DNA from: Thiobacillus sp.
Lineage (GTDB): Bacteria > Pseudomonadota > Gammaproteobacteria > Burkholderiales > Thiobacillaceae
DNA: 64,000 nt
Direction: 5' to 3'
NCBI GenBank assembly: GCA_044227195.1
Contig: JBGAFQ010000002.1
Location: 7,375 to 71,374, forward strand
Positions 1 to 9,290 of this stretch are shown here, piece by piece. The translations under genes were made by a program, and so were the position numbers. Numbering within the stretch: position 1 is the stretch's first letter; each line of letters starts with the position of its first letter. The notes below the pieces were generated by a model, which made no database searches, had not been told where the DNA came from, and saw only the letters and a list, made by a program, of their open reading frames with translations.

Positions 1-1
1 C

Positions 2-1315
2 CTTTGCAGCTTCGCCCTCGGCACCGACACCGCCGGCTCAGGCCGCGTGCCTGCGGCGTTCAACAACCTGATCGGGCACAAGCCGACCTGCGGGGCGCTC
101 TCCACGTGCGGCGTCGTGCCTGCCTGCCGTTCGCTCGATACGGTATCCATCTTTGCGCTGACCGCCGGGGACGCCGAACGCGTGCTGGCGGTCGCCGCCG
201 GCTTCGATCCCGCGGATGCGTATTCGCGCCCGCTCGCGCCCTCAGGCTTCGATTTCGGTCGCGCAGGAGAATTCCGCTTCGGCGTGCCGATGGCGAAAGA
301 CCTCGAATTCTTCGGCAACGGCGAAACGGAACGGCTGTTTGCCGAGGCCGTGCAGCGCATGCGCTCGCTGGGCGGCGTGGCCGTCGAAATCGATTTCGCG
401 CCCTTCCTCGAAGCCGCGCGCCTGCTCTACGACGGCCCCTGGGTCGCCGAACGCTACCTCGCGATACGGGAGTTTTTCGATGCGCATCCCGACCGGGTAT
501 TTCCGCCGGTGCGCGACATCATCGCGGGCGGCAAAACCCGCAGTGCCGCCGATGCCTTCGCGCATCTGTACCGGCTGAGGGCGCTGAAGCGCACCTGCGA
601 TGCCGTGTGGCACGACGTCGACGTGATGCTCACGCCGACCGCCGGGACGATTTACCGGATTGCGGAAATGGAGGCCGACCCCATCCGCCTCAATTCCAAT
701 CTCGGTTACTACACCAACTTCATGAATCTGCTGGATCTGGCCGCCACCGCCGTGCCGGCCGGATTCCAGCGCGACGGCCTGTCGTTCGGCGTCACCCTGT
801 TTGCGCCGCCCCACCAGGATGGTCCGCTGCTGCACCTGGCAGACCGCATGCAGCGGGCCCTCGATGGCCGCCTGGGTGCCGGCGGCCATGCGCTGCCGCC
901 GGCGGCAGCGCATGCCGGCTTGCCCAGCGGACAGGTCCGGGTGGCGGTCGTCGGCGCGCACCTGAGCGGCTTGCCACTCAACGGCCAGCTGCTCGAACGG
1001 CGGGCCCGGCTGGTGGCGACGACCTCGACCGCCCCGGCCTACCGTCTCTACGCGCTGCCCGACGGCAAGCGCCCGGGCCTGGCCCGGGTGAGCAACGATG
1101 GCGCCGCCATCGCGTGCGAGGTCTGGGACATGCCGCTCGAACATTTCGGCTCCTTCGTCGCCGGCATCCCCGCGCCGCTCGGCATCGGCAGGCTGGAACT
1201 GGCCGACGGCAGCTGGGTGAGCGGATTCATCTGCGAGCCCATCGGCATCGCGGATGCACGCGACATCACCGCGTACGGCGGCTGGCGTGCCTGGCTGGCC
1301 GCCCGCGACGGGTAG
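2..1315 (+). CDS. atzF: Allophanate hydrolase, 5'-truncated by window edge
   Basis: The frame is open from base 2 and reads GTDTAGSGRVPAAFNN (amidase signature). It ends in the VAVVGAHLSG...GGWRAW C-terminal domain typical of allophanate hydrolase. Confidence 0.92.
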   Translation, partial: LCSFALGTDTAGSGRVPAAFNNLIGHKPTCGALSTCGVVPACRSLDTVSIFALTAGDAERVLAVAAGFDPADAYSRPLAPSGFDFGRAGEFRFGVPMAKDLEFFGNGETERLFAEAVQRMRSLGGVAVEIDFAPFLEAARLLYDGPWVAERYLAIREFFDAHPDRVFPPVRDIIAGGKTRSAADAFAHLYRLRALKRTCDAVWHDVDVMLTPTAGTIYRIAEMEADPIRLNSNLGYYTNFMNLLDLAATAVPAGFQRDGLSFGVTLFAPPHQDGPLLHLADRMQRALDGRLGAGGHALPPAAAHAGLPSGQVRVAVVGAHLSGLPLNGQLLERRARLVATTSTAPAYRLYALPDGKRPGLARVSNDGAAIACEVWDMPLEHFGSFVAGIPAPLGIGRLELADGSWVSGFICEPIGIADARDITAYGGWRAWLAARDG

Positions 1316-1330
1316 AATTGCGCGGGGCCG

Positions 1331-1358
1331 GGAATAAAACGGGGGGCGCCGCTGTTAG
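1331..1358 (+). promoter_or_regulatory. Putative ECF sigma promoter (GGAATAAA ... TGTTAG)
   Basis: GGAATA at 1331-1336, 16-nt spacer, TGTTAG at 1353-1358, about 50 nt upstream of the lipoprotein/ECF operon. This is the GGAA..GTT pattern typical of ECF promoters. Confidence 0.6.
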
Positions 1359-1405
1359 CGTGCATGCAGGCCTGCATACCGTTCATTTTCCACAAGGACC
1401 CCACC

Positions 1406-1780
1406 ATGAAGAATCCGACCGTTTCCCTCCTGGCGAGCCTGGCGCTGCTTGCCGCGTGCGCCACGCCCGGCGCGGCACCCATTGCCGTTCAGGCCGGTGC
1501 GCTGACCAACCCGTCCGGCATGACGCTGTATGTGTTCGACAAGGATGCCGCCGGTTCGGGCAAGAGCATGTGCAACGGCGATTGCGCCATGAAATGGCCG
1601 CCGCTGGCCGCCGCTGCCGGCGACAAGCCCGGCGGCGACTACAGCATCATCAGCCGCGACGACGGCAGCCGGCAATGGGCCTACAAGGGCAAGCCCCTGT
1701 ATCTCTGGTTCAAGGACCAGAAGCCGGGCGACATGACGGGCGACGGCGTCAACAACGTGTGGCATGCGGCTAAGCCCTGA
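1406..1780 (+). CDS. Secreted-repeat lipoprotein (COG4315/Lipoprotein_15-like)
   Basis: AAGGA RBS, lipobox LAAC, repeats GMTLYVFDKD and GKPLYLWFKD, CNGDCAMKWPP motif, GDGVNNVW end. Confidence 0.85.
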   Translation: MKNPTVSLLASLALLAACATPGAAPIAVQAGALTNPSGMTLYVFDKDAAGSGKSMCNGDCAMKWPPLAAAAGDKPGGDYSIISRDDGSRQWAYKGKPLYLWFKDQKPGDMTGDGVNNVWHAAKP

Positions 1781-2267
1781 GCCGGACCTCATCGGGCACT
1801 TGCCCCGTCTGCGCCGCTACGCGCGTGCGCTGACGGGCGACGTCGCACGCGCCGACGACCTGGTGCAGGACACGCTCGAACGCGCACTCGTCAAGCTGGA
1901 CCTGTGGCAGCCGGGCAGCGATCTGCGCGCCTGGCTGTTCACCCTGATGCACAATCTGTTCGTGAACCAGATACGCGCGCCCCGGCCGGCGGAGACCGCG
2001 CTCGACGAGGCGCTGGAGGTGCCGGTCAGCGGCGGCCAGATGGAGGCGCTGGCGGCACGCGACATGCATGCCGCGCTGCTGCGGCTGCCCGAGGAGCAGC
2101 GTGCGGTTGTCCTGCTGGTGGGACTGGAACAGTTCGGCTACGCCGAGGCGGCCCAGGTGCTGGGCGTGCCGGTCGGTACGGTCATGTCGCGGCTGGCGCG
2201 CGCACGCGAGCGGCTGCGGCACATCCTGGCGGGCGAGCCCGCCGCGCACTTGAAGGTGGTGAAATGA
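1764..2267 (+). CDS. ECF RNA polymerase sigma factor
   Basis: LPRLRRYARALT..ADDLVQDTL (region 2) and EAAQVLGVPVGTVMSRLARAR (region 4). Confidence 0.93.
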   Translation: MRLSPEPDLIGHLPRLRRYARALTGDVARADDLVQDTLERALVKLDLWQPGSDLRAWLFTLMHNLFVNQIRAPRPAETALDEALEVPVSGGQMEALAARDMHAALLRLPEEQRAVVLLVGLEQFGYAEAAQVLGVPVGTVMSRLARARERLRHILAGEPAAHLKVVK

Positions 2268-3034
2268 CGGACAGCGTGCACGAAGACGACCTGCATGCCT
2301 ACGTGGACGGCATGCTGCCGGAAGTCCGGCGTCTCGAAGTCGAGGCCTGGCTTGCGGCCCACCCGGCCGACGCCGGGCGCGTGCGGGCCTGGATGCAGCA
2401 GAACCAGGCCTTGCACGCGGCTTTCGACCCCGTGCTCAACGAGCCGCTGCCCGTTGAACTGGTACGCGCGGCACGCCGCCGGCCGCCCCGCCTGCCCTGG
2501 AAGGCGGCCGCGGCGACGCTTGCCATGGTCGCGAGCGGACTGGCCGGCTACGTCGCCGGCGTGCACACGACGCCCGAGGTCGCGCTGCCGCAGCTTGCCC
2601 GCGACGCTGCGATTGCGCATGCGGTGTTCAGCCCGGAAACCCGGCACCCGGTCGAAGTGGATGCGACCCATGCCGCGCATCTGGTCGGCTGGCTGTCGAA
2701 GCGCCTGGGCGCGCCGCTCGCGGCCCCCGATTTCGGCGCACTGGGTTTCGAACTGCTCGGCGGGCGCCTGCTTCCCGGCGAAACCGGACCGGTGGCGCAG
2801 TTCATGTACCAGGATGCGGCGGCGCACCGGGTGACGCTCTATGTCCGCCGCGACGTTTCCGGAAACCGGGAAACGGCATTCCGCCATGTCCGCGAGAACG
2901 GCGTCGAGGTGTTCTACTGGGTGGATCGCACCTTTGGCTACGCCCTGTCCGGCGAGATCGCGCCCGAACGCATGCGGCAACTCGCCGACGCGGCGTATCG
3001 GCAGCTGGAACAGCGGGATTCCGCCGGCGGCTGA
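2264..3034 (+). CDS. Transmembrane anti-sigma factor
   Basis: ATGA overlap with the sigma gene; N-terminal LHAYVDG motif, one TM helix, periplasmic domain HPVEV..HLVGWLSKRLG..APDF. Confidence 0.88.
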   Translation: MTDSVHEDDLHAYVDGMLPEVRRLEVEAWLAAHPADAGRVRAWMQQNQALHAAFDPVLNEPLPVELVRAARRRPPRLPWKAAAATLAMVASGLAGYVAGVHTTPEVALPQLARDAAIAHAVFSPETRHPVEVDATHAAHLVGWLSKRLGAPLAAPDFGALGFELLGGRLLPGETGPVAQFMYQDAAAHRVTLYVRRDVSGNRETAFRHVRENGVEVFYWVDRTFGYALSGEIAPERMRQLADAAYRQLEQRDSAGG

Positions 3035-3059
3035 TGCCGGGCTGCCCGGTTGAAACGCG

Positions 3060-5222
3060 CTAGCGGGTTTCCCGGATGCCGTCGCGCAGCAGCGTTTCCA
3101 TGTTCGCCGCCGGCACCGGCCGGCTGAAGTAGTAGCCCTGCACCTCGTCGCAGCCGTGCTGCCGCAGATAGTCGAGATGCGCGCGGGTTTCCACGCCTTC
3201 GGCGACCACGCGCAGCCCGAGCGCGTGGCCCAGGGTGATGATGGCGCGCACGATGGCGGCGTCGTCGGGATCGCTGTCGATGTCGCGCACGAAACTCTTG
3301 TCGACCTTGAGGCGGTCGACCGGAAAGCGCTTGAGGTAGCTGAGGCTGGAATAGCCGGTGCCGAAGTCGTCCACCGAGATGTCGACGCCGAGCGCCTTCA
3401 GCGACTGCATCGCGACATTGATGCGCTCGGCGTCGTGCATGACGAAGGATTCCGTCACTTCCAGTTCCAGGCAGGCGGGATCGAGCGCGGCTTCGGCGAG
3501 CGCGTCGGCCACCGATTGCACCAGGCCGGTGTGGCGGAACTGGATGGGCGAGAGATTCACCGACACGGCGATCGGCGACAGGCCGGCGCGCAGCCAGGCG
3601 CTGTTCTGGCGACAGGCCTCGCGCAGGATCCACTGGCCGATGGGAATGATGAGCCCGGTTTCCTCGGCGATGGAAATGAAGCTGTCCGGCGGCACGATGC
3701 CCTTGCCGGGGCAGTCCCAGCGGATCAGCGCCTCGGCGCCCACGATGCGGCCGCTGGCGATGTCGATGCGCGGCTGGTAGTAGACGCGGAATTCATTGCG
3801 TTCCAGCGCGTGGCGCAGGCTGTTCTCCAGTTCCAGGCGCTCGCTGATCGCCTGGTTCAGCTCGGGCGTGTAGAAGTGGTAGGTGCTGCGGCCGGAGGCC
3901 TTGGCCTGGTACATGGCGGCGTCGGCGCAGCGCAGCAGGGCGTCCGGGTCTTCCCCGTCGCGCGGGTAGCAGCTGATGCCGATGCTGCAGCTGAGCCCGT
4001 ATTCCTGGCCGCCGTCCACCCAGGGCCGGGAAATCGCGTCGAGCAGGCGGCTGACCACGGCGAGTATCTCGTCCTCGTCGTGCTGCTCGGTGAGCACCAG
4101 CACGAACTCGTCGCCGCCCTGGCGCGCCACGCTGTCGTTGCCGCGCACGCAGCCCGTCAGGCGCGAGGCCACTTCCAGCAACAGGCGGTCGCCGACGTGA
4201 TGGCCGAGGCTGTCGTTGATGAGCTTGAAATGATCGAGATCGACGAACACGACGGCGACCTGGTTGCCGTGCCGCCAGGCGTGGGCGATGGCCTGATCGA
4301 TCCGGTCGCGCAGCAGCGACCGGTTCGGCAGGCCGGTGAGGCTGTCGTGGCTGGCCTGGTATTCCAGCGCGGCTTCGTGCTGCTTGCGCTCGGTGATGTC
4401 CACCACCGTGCCCTCGTAGAACTGCACGCTGCCGTCGGCGTTTTTCACCGCGCGCGCGTTTTCCGAAATCCAGATGATGCTGCCGTCGCGCCGGTAGACC
4501 TGCGACTCGAAATTGCGGACGCTGCCCTGGGCCTGCATCAGGCGTACGAATTCCATGCGCCGTGCGGGCAGGACATAGAGCTGGCGCTGGATGTCGCGCA
4601 GATGCGCAATCAGGTCGTCCGGCGAGGCATGGCCGTAAATGTGCGCCAGTGCCGGATTCGCATTGAGATAGTGGCCGTCCGGCGTGGTCTGGAAGATGCC
4701 CTCTGTCGCGTGCTCGAACAGGCTTTCGTAGCGGCGTACCGCCTCGCGCAGCATTTCGTCCACCGCCATCCGCTCGGAGATGTCCTGGATATAGCCCTCG
4801 ATCCAGGCCACCCGGCCGCTTTCGTCGCGCACGCCAACGGCGCGTTCCAGCACCCAGCATACATAGCCGTCGGCGCGGCGGATGCGGTATTCCACATCGA
4901 ACGGAACATCTGCATCGAGCGCGGCCTGGATGACGCGCGCCACCCGTTCGCGGTCCTCGGGCAGCGTGATCTGATCGTAGGACACGCGTCGGTTGAACAT
5001 CAGCTCGTTCGGCCGGTAGCCGGTCAGCTTGAAGCAGCCGTCGCTGGCGTATTCCATCGTCCAGTCTGCATCGACGCGGCACCGGTAGATCATCCCGACC
5101 AGATTGTCGGTGATCGTGGTGAGCAGGCGCATGACGTCGAGCGGGGCACCCGGGTGGGGCGTCCGGTCGTTCGGCGGGCCAGGGTTCCCGGCAAGCGCCG
5201 TCTGGCAGGTGAAGCGTTTCAT
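3060..5222 (-). CDS. PAS-PAS-GGDEF-EAL diguanylate cyclase/phosphodiesterase
   Basis: Two PAS domains, intact RGND..RQGGDEF, EAL and DDFGTGYSS motifs. The start is uncertain (5222 or 5132); the ORF-track start at 5483 lies upstream of the sigma54 promoter and is unlikely. Confidence 0.92.
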   Translation of the reverse strand: MKRFTCQTALAGNPGPPNDRTPHPGAPLDVMRLLTTITDNLVGMIYRCRVDADWTMEYASDGCFKLTGYRPNELMFNRRVSYDQITLPEDRERVARVIQAALDADVPFDVEYRIRRADGYVCWVLERAVGVRDESGRVAWIEGYIQDISERMAVDEMLREAVRRYESLFEHATEGIFQTTPDGHYLNANPALAHIYGHASPDDLIAHLRDIQRQLYVLPARRMEFVRLMQAQGSVRNFESQVYRRDGSIIWISENARAVKNADGSVQFYEGTVVDITERKQHEAALEYQASHDSLTGLPNRSLLRDRIDQAIAHAWRHGNQVAVVFVDLDHFKLINDSLGHHVGDRLLLEVASRLTGCVRGNDSVARQGGDEFVLVLTEQHDEDEILAVVSRLLDAISRPWVDGGQEYGLSCSIGISCYPRDGEDPDALLRCADAAMYQAKASGRSTYHFYTPELNQAISERLELENSLRHALERNEFRVYYQPRIDIASGRIVGAEALIRWDCPGKGIVPPDSFISIAEETGLIIPIGQWILREACRQNSAWLRAGLSPIAVSVNLSPIQFRHTGLVQSVADALAEAALDPACLELEVTESFVMHDAERINVAMQSLKALGVDISVDDFGTGYSSLSYLKRFPVDRLKVDKSFVRDIDSDPDDAAIVRAIITLGHALGLRVVAEGVETRAHLDYLRQHGCDEVQGYYFSRPVPAANMETLLRDGIRETR

Positions 5223-5294
5223 CGCGTCGTGGCTGGCATTGGGTTGGATTATGGGCAGGCGCGGTCCGACCTGCCATGGCGGTGATGGCATCGG

Positions 5295-5310
5295 AGCAAT
5301 AGCCATGCCA
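5295..5310 (-). promoter_or_regulatory. Sigma54 -24/-12 promoter for the GGDEF-EAL gene
   Basis: The minus strand reads TGGCATGGCTATTGCT, with exact GG-N10-GC spacing against TGGCAC-N5-TTGCW. Confidence 0.75.
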
Positions 5311-5526
5311 TGTTCAGGCTGCAATCCGCACAATGGCGACCATACAGGTACAGGCGGGCTCGCGCGTGCCCACCGATCCGACGTGGCTGCAGGCTGCACA
5401 TCCGGCGTGTTCGATTGGGTGCGTGTGCACCATTCCTGGGCGCATCGGGGCGACCGGACGGCCCCCGCCCTTTTTAATTGCATGGCTTTTCGGTAGGCTT
5501 CGGGCTAGTCAGAGAAAACCGACCCC

Positions 5527-6378
5527 ATGCATTTCACCCCCGAATCCTTCCGTGCCTGGCCGAACAAGCGCGTCACCCTGCTGGGCATGTCCGGCGTGGG
5601 CAAAACGCACATCTCGTCCATGCTGCGCGGCCACGACTGGTTCCATTTTTCCGGCGACTACCGCATCGGCACGCGCTATCTGGACGAGCCCATCCTCGAC
5701 ATCATCAAGCAGCAGGCGATGCAGGTGCCCTTCCTGCGCGACCTCCTGCGCAACGACTGGATCGACATCAAGAACAACATCAAGATCCACGATCTCGGGC
5801 CGGTGCTCACCTTCGTCGGCAAGCTCGGCGGGCCGGCATGGGGTGGATTGTCGCTCGACGAATTCTCGCGCCGGCAGGCGGCGTACCGGGAGGCGGAAAT
5901 CGCCGCCATGCGCGACGTGCCTGCGTTCATCCGCAAGGGCCAGGAAATCTACGGCTATCCGCATTTCGTCAACGACGTCGGCGGCAGCCTGTGCGAACTC
6001 GACGAACCCGGCTTGATCGAACTGCTCGCCGAGCACACGCTCATTCTCTACATCCAGACCACCACGCGCGAGGAGGAGGACACGCTGATCCGCCGTGCCC
6101 AGTCCGATCCCAAGCCGCTGTACTTCCGCCCGGCCTTCCTCGCCGAACACCTGCCGGTGTATCTGAAGGAAAAGGGCCTGGAATTCGTCGCCCAGATCGA
6201 GCCGGACGATTTCGCCCGCTGGGTGTTCCCGCGCCTGTTCCATTCGCGGCTGCCGCGCTACGAGGCGATCGCCCAGCCGCACGGCTACACCGTCACCTCG
6301 CAGGAAGTCGCGCAGGTGCGCGACGAGCGGGATTTCATGGCGCTGGTCGAATCCGCCGTGGCGCGCAAGGGGCGCTGA
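5527..6378 (+). CDS. Uncharacterised P-loop NTPase/kinase upstream of metA
   Basis: Walker A GMSGVGKT near the N-terminus, shikimate/NMP-kinase-like layout (VNDVGGS), stop codon 1 nt before metA. Confidence 0.8.
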   Translation: MHFTPESFRAWPNKRVTLLGMSGVGKTHISSMLRGHDWFHFSGDYRIGTRYLDEPILDIIKQQAMQVPFLRDLLRNDWIDIKNNIKIHDLGPVLTFVGKLGGPAWGGLSLDEFSRRQAAYREAEIAAMRDVPAFIRKGQEIYGYPHFVNDVGGSLCELDEPGLIELLAEHTLILYIQTTTREEEDTLIRRAQSDPKPLYFRPAFLAEHLPVYLKEKGLEFVAQIEPDDFARWVFPRLFHSRLPRYEAIAQPHGYTVTSQEVAQVRDERDFMALVESAVARKGR

Positions 6379-6379
6379 A

Positions 6380-7432
6380 ATGCCGCTGGTCGCGCACAAT
6401 GCCCTGCCCACCTTCGAGCGCCTGCGCCGCGACGGCATGACCGTGCTCTCCACCGAGCGCGCGGCCAGGCAGGAAATCCGCGAGCTGCACGTCGGCCTGC
6501 TCAACATGATGCCGGACGCCGCGCTGGAGGCGACCGAGCGCCAGTTCTACCGGCTGGTCGGCGAATCCAACCCGATCGCGCAGTTCTACATGCATCCCTT
6601 CACCCTGCCCACGCTGCCGCGCGGCGACAAGGCGCGCGCGCACATCGCGTCGCATTACGAAAGCTTCGATGCCATCCGGGAGGCGGGCCTGGATGCGCTC
6701 ATCATCACCGGCGCCAACGTCAGCCAGCCCAGGCTCGCCGACGAGGCCTTCTGGCAGCCGATGATCGAGGTGATCGACTGGGCCTGGGACCACGTCACGT
6801 CGACCTTGTGCTCCTGCCTCGCCACCCACGCCGTGATGCAGTTTCGCTACGGCCAGACGCGGGTAAAGCAGCCGAACAAGATATGGGGCGTGTTCGAACA
6901 TCGGGTCGTCGACGCGCGCCACCCGCTGGTTGCCGACGTCAACACCCGATTCGATGTCCCGCATTCGCGCTGGAACGACGTCTCGCGTGCGCAGTTCGAG
7001 GCGGCCGGCGTCAAGGTGCTGGCGGAAAGCGCGGCGGCCGGCGTGCATCTGGCGGTGAGCCCGGACGGCCTGCGCACCGTGTTCTTCCAGGGCCATCCCG
7101 AATACGACACGGTGTCGCTCCTGAAGGAATACAAGCGCGACCTGCTGCTCGCGGCGGCGGGTACGCTGCCCGCCTATCCGCCGTTTCCCGCGCGTACCTT
7201 CGACTTGCAGGCACGCGCCCTGCTGGAGGAGTACGCCAGCCGCCTGCATGCCGGCGAGACGCTGGAATTCCCCGAGGCGCTGGTGGCGCCCCGCCTCGAC
7301 AACACCTGGCACGACACCGCCGAAGGCGTGGTCGGCAATTGGATCGGCTGCGTCTACCAGGTCACCCACCGCGAGCGCGGCCTGCCGTTCATGCCGGGGA
7401 TCGATCCCGACAACCCGCTGGGTCTGGCGTGA
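6380..7432 (+). CDS. metA: Homoserine O-acyltransferase (MetA family, probably succinyl)
   Basis: GLLNMMPD, LIITGANVS, catalytic CSCLATH and QGHPEY. A small residue (Ser) rather than Glu at the TGAPxG/E specificity position suggests succinyl-CoA use. Confidence 0.9.
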   Translation: MPLVAHNALPTFERLRRDGMTVLSTERAARQEIRELHVGLLNMMPDAALEATERQFYRLVGESNPIAQFYMHPFTLPTLPRGDKARAHIASHYESFDAIREAGLDALIITGANVSQPRLADEAFWQPMIEVIDWAWDHVTSTLCSCLATHAVMQFRYGQTRVKQPNKIWGVFEHRVVDARHPLVADVNTRFDVPHSRWNDVSRAQFEAAGVKVLAESAAAGVHLAVSPDGLRTVFFQGHPEYDTVSLLKEYKRDLLLAAAGTLPAYPPFPARTFDLQARALLEEYASRLHAGETLEFPEALVAPRLDNTWHDTAEGVVGNWIGCVYQVTHRERGLPFMPGIDPDNPLGLA

Positions 7433-8523
7433 TTCAGGCCAGCGCGCGATTCGACGCCGCCGAGGGGGCGCTCATCGCCAGCGGCGACTGGCACGCCGAA
7501 TCCGCTCGCGCATTGCCCGATCTCGCCGGCCAGGCCGTGCGCGTGCTCGACGGCGCCGGCGTGACCCAGCTCGATACCAACGGCGCCTGGCTGCTGCTGG
7601 CCGCGGCGCGACCGCGCGCGGGCGATCCCATGCCCGAGTTGCGGGCCTTCCAGCCCGGCCACCGGGCCATGCTCGAACTGGTGGCCGGCCATTGCGACGC
7701 CACCCAGGCGCAGCCGGCGCCGCCGCGCGAAGGCGTGCGCGCGCTCACCGGGCGTGGCGCGATGGCAATGTGGGGACATCTTGCCGGATTGCTCGATTTC
7801 ATCGGCCGGCTGTGCGTGGAAATCCTGATCCTGCTCGGCGATCCCGGCCGCTGGCGCTGGCGCGAATTTGCCGCGCAGGTGCGCGACATCTTCGTCGGCG
7901 CGATCCCCATCGTGGTCGGCATGCTGTTCCTGCTCGGCGTGGTGTTCGCCTACCTGCTCGGCTCGCAGGCGCAGCAATACGGGGCCAACATCTTCGTCGT
8001 GGACGGCCTGCTGATGGCGATCCTGCGCGAGATCTCGCCGGTCATCGTCGCCATTCTCATCGCCGGCCGCACCGGCGCGGCCATCACCGCGCAGATCGGC
8101 ACCATGAAGGTCACCGAGGAAATCGATGCCATCACCACGCTCGGACTGTCGCCGCTGGCGGTGCTGGTGATCCCGCGCATGCTTGCGCTGCTGCTCGCCA
8201 TGCCGCTCCTGGTCTACATCGGCGACATTGCCGGCATCGCCGGCGGGATGGTCGTGGCGCAGGAGCAGCTCGACATTTCCTATCACATGTTTCTCGACCG
8301 CACGGCCGACGTGCTGCTGCTGAAGACTCTGCTGGTCGGCCTCGGCAAGGCACCGGTGTTCGCCGTTTTCATCGCGCTCATCGCCTGCCGCATGGGCCTG
8401 TCGGTCACGCGCGACGCGCGCAGCGTGGGTGCACACACCACTTCCACCGTGGTGCAGAGCCTGGTGGCCATCATCATCCTCAACGCGATTTTCGCGGTGA
8501 TGTTCGTCAAGCTGGACATCTGA
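7429..8523 (+). CDS. MlaE-family ABC permease with N-terminal STAS-like domain
   Basis: GTG start overlapping the metA stop; REISPVIVAILIAGRTGAAITAQIGTMKVTEEIDA. Confidence 0.9.
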   Translation: MIQASARFDAAEGALIASGDWHAESARALPDLAGQAVRVLDGAGVTQLDTNGAWLLLAAARPRAGDPMPELRAFQPGHRAMLELVAGHCDATQAQPAPPREGVRALTGRGAMAMWGHLAGLLDFIGRLCVEILILLGDPGRWRWREFAAQVRDIFVGAIPIVVGMLFLLGVVFAYLLGSQAQQYGANIFVVDGLLMAILREISPVIVAILIAGRTGAAITAQIGTMKVTEEIDAITTLGLSPLAVLVIPRMLALLLAMPLLVYIGDIAGIAGGMVVAQEQLDISYHMFLDRTADVLLLKTLLVGLGKAPVFAVFIALIACRMGLSVTRDARSVGAHTTSTVVQSLVAIIILNAIFAVMFVKLDI

Positions 8524-9290
8524 TGGCGGATACGGTGCTCGACGTCCGCGACGTTTCGACCGTGCTGGGCGGGCACAGCATCCACCGCGGCCTGTCGCTG
8601 TCGGTTGCGCGCGGCGAGGTGGTCGCGCTGATCGGCGGCAGCGGCACCGGCAAGTCGGTGCTGCTGCGCGAGATCATCGGCCTGCTGAAACCGCAGGCGG
8701 GCCGGATCGAATTGTTCGGCCAGTCGGTGTGGGACAGCACGCCGGAGCAGATGAATATATTGCGGCGGCGCTTCGGCGTGCTGTTCCAGGACGGCGCGCT
8801 GTTTTCCTCGCTGACCGTGGAGGACAACGTCGCCACGCCGCTGTTCGAGCATACCGACCTGCCGCACGGCACCTGCCGCCAGCTGGCGCGGCTGAAGCTC
8901 GGGCTCGCCGGCCTGCCGGCCGACGCCGCGAAGAAACGCCCGAGCGAATTGTCAGGCGGCATGCGCAAGCGCGTCGCATTGGCGCGCGCGCTTGCGCTCG
9001 ACCCGGAACTGCTGTTTCTCGACGAGCCGACCTCGGGCCTCGATCCGATCTCGGCGCGCGCCTTCGACAAACTCATCCGCCTGCTCGCCGACAGTCTCGG
9101 GCTCACCGTATTCCTCGTCACCCACGACTTGGATACACTGTTTTCCATCATCGACCGCGTCATCGTCCTGTCGAACGGCCGCGTGCTGGGCAGCGGCAGC
9201 GTGGCCGAACTCAAACATATCGACGATCCGTGGCTCAGCGCGTATTTCGCCGCGCGCGCACCGGAGGAGGCAAGCCCGCATGGAAACTGA
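8523..9290 (+). CDS. MlaF-family ABC ATP-binding protein
   Basis: GGSGTGKS, LSGGM, LDEP, VTHD. Confidence 0.92.
   Translation: MADTVLDVRDVSTVLGGHSIHRGLSLSVARGEVVALIGGSGTGKSVLLREIIGLLKPQAGRIELFGQSVWDSTPEQMNILRRRFGVLFQDGALFSSLTVEDNVATPLFEHTDLPHGTCRQLARLKLGLAGLPADAAKKRPSELSGGMRKRVALARALALDPELLFLDEPTSGLDPISARAFDKLIRLLADSLGLTVFLVTHDLDTLFSIIDRVIVLSNGRVLGSGSVAELKHIDDPWLSAYFAARAPEEASPHGN

Noticed and set aside
5440-5526. SAM or SAH riboswitch upstream of the metA operon
   Set aside because: I could not recognise any SAM-I, SAM-II, SAM-SAH or SAH consensus; kept only as a low-interest hairpin note.
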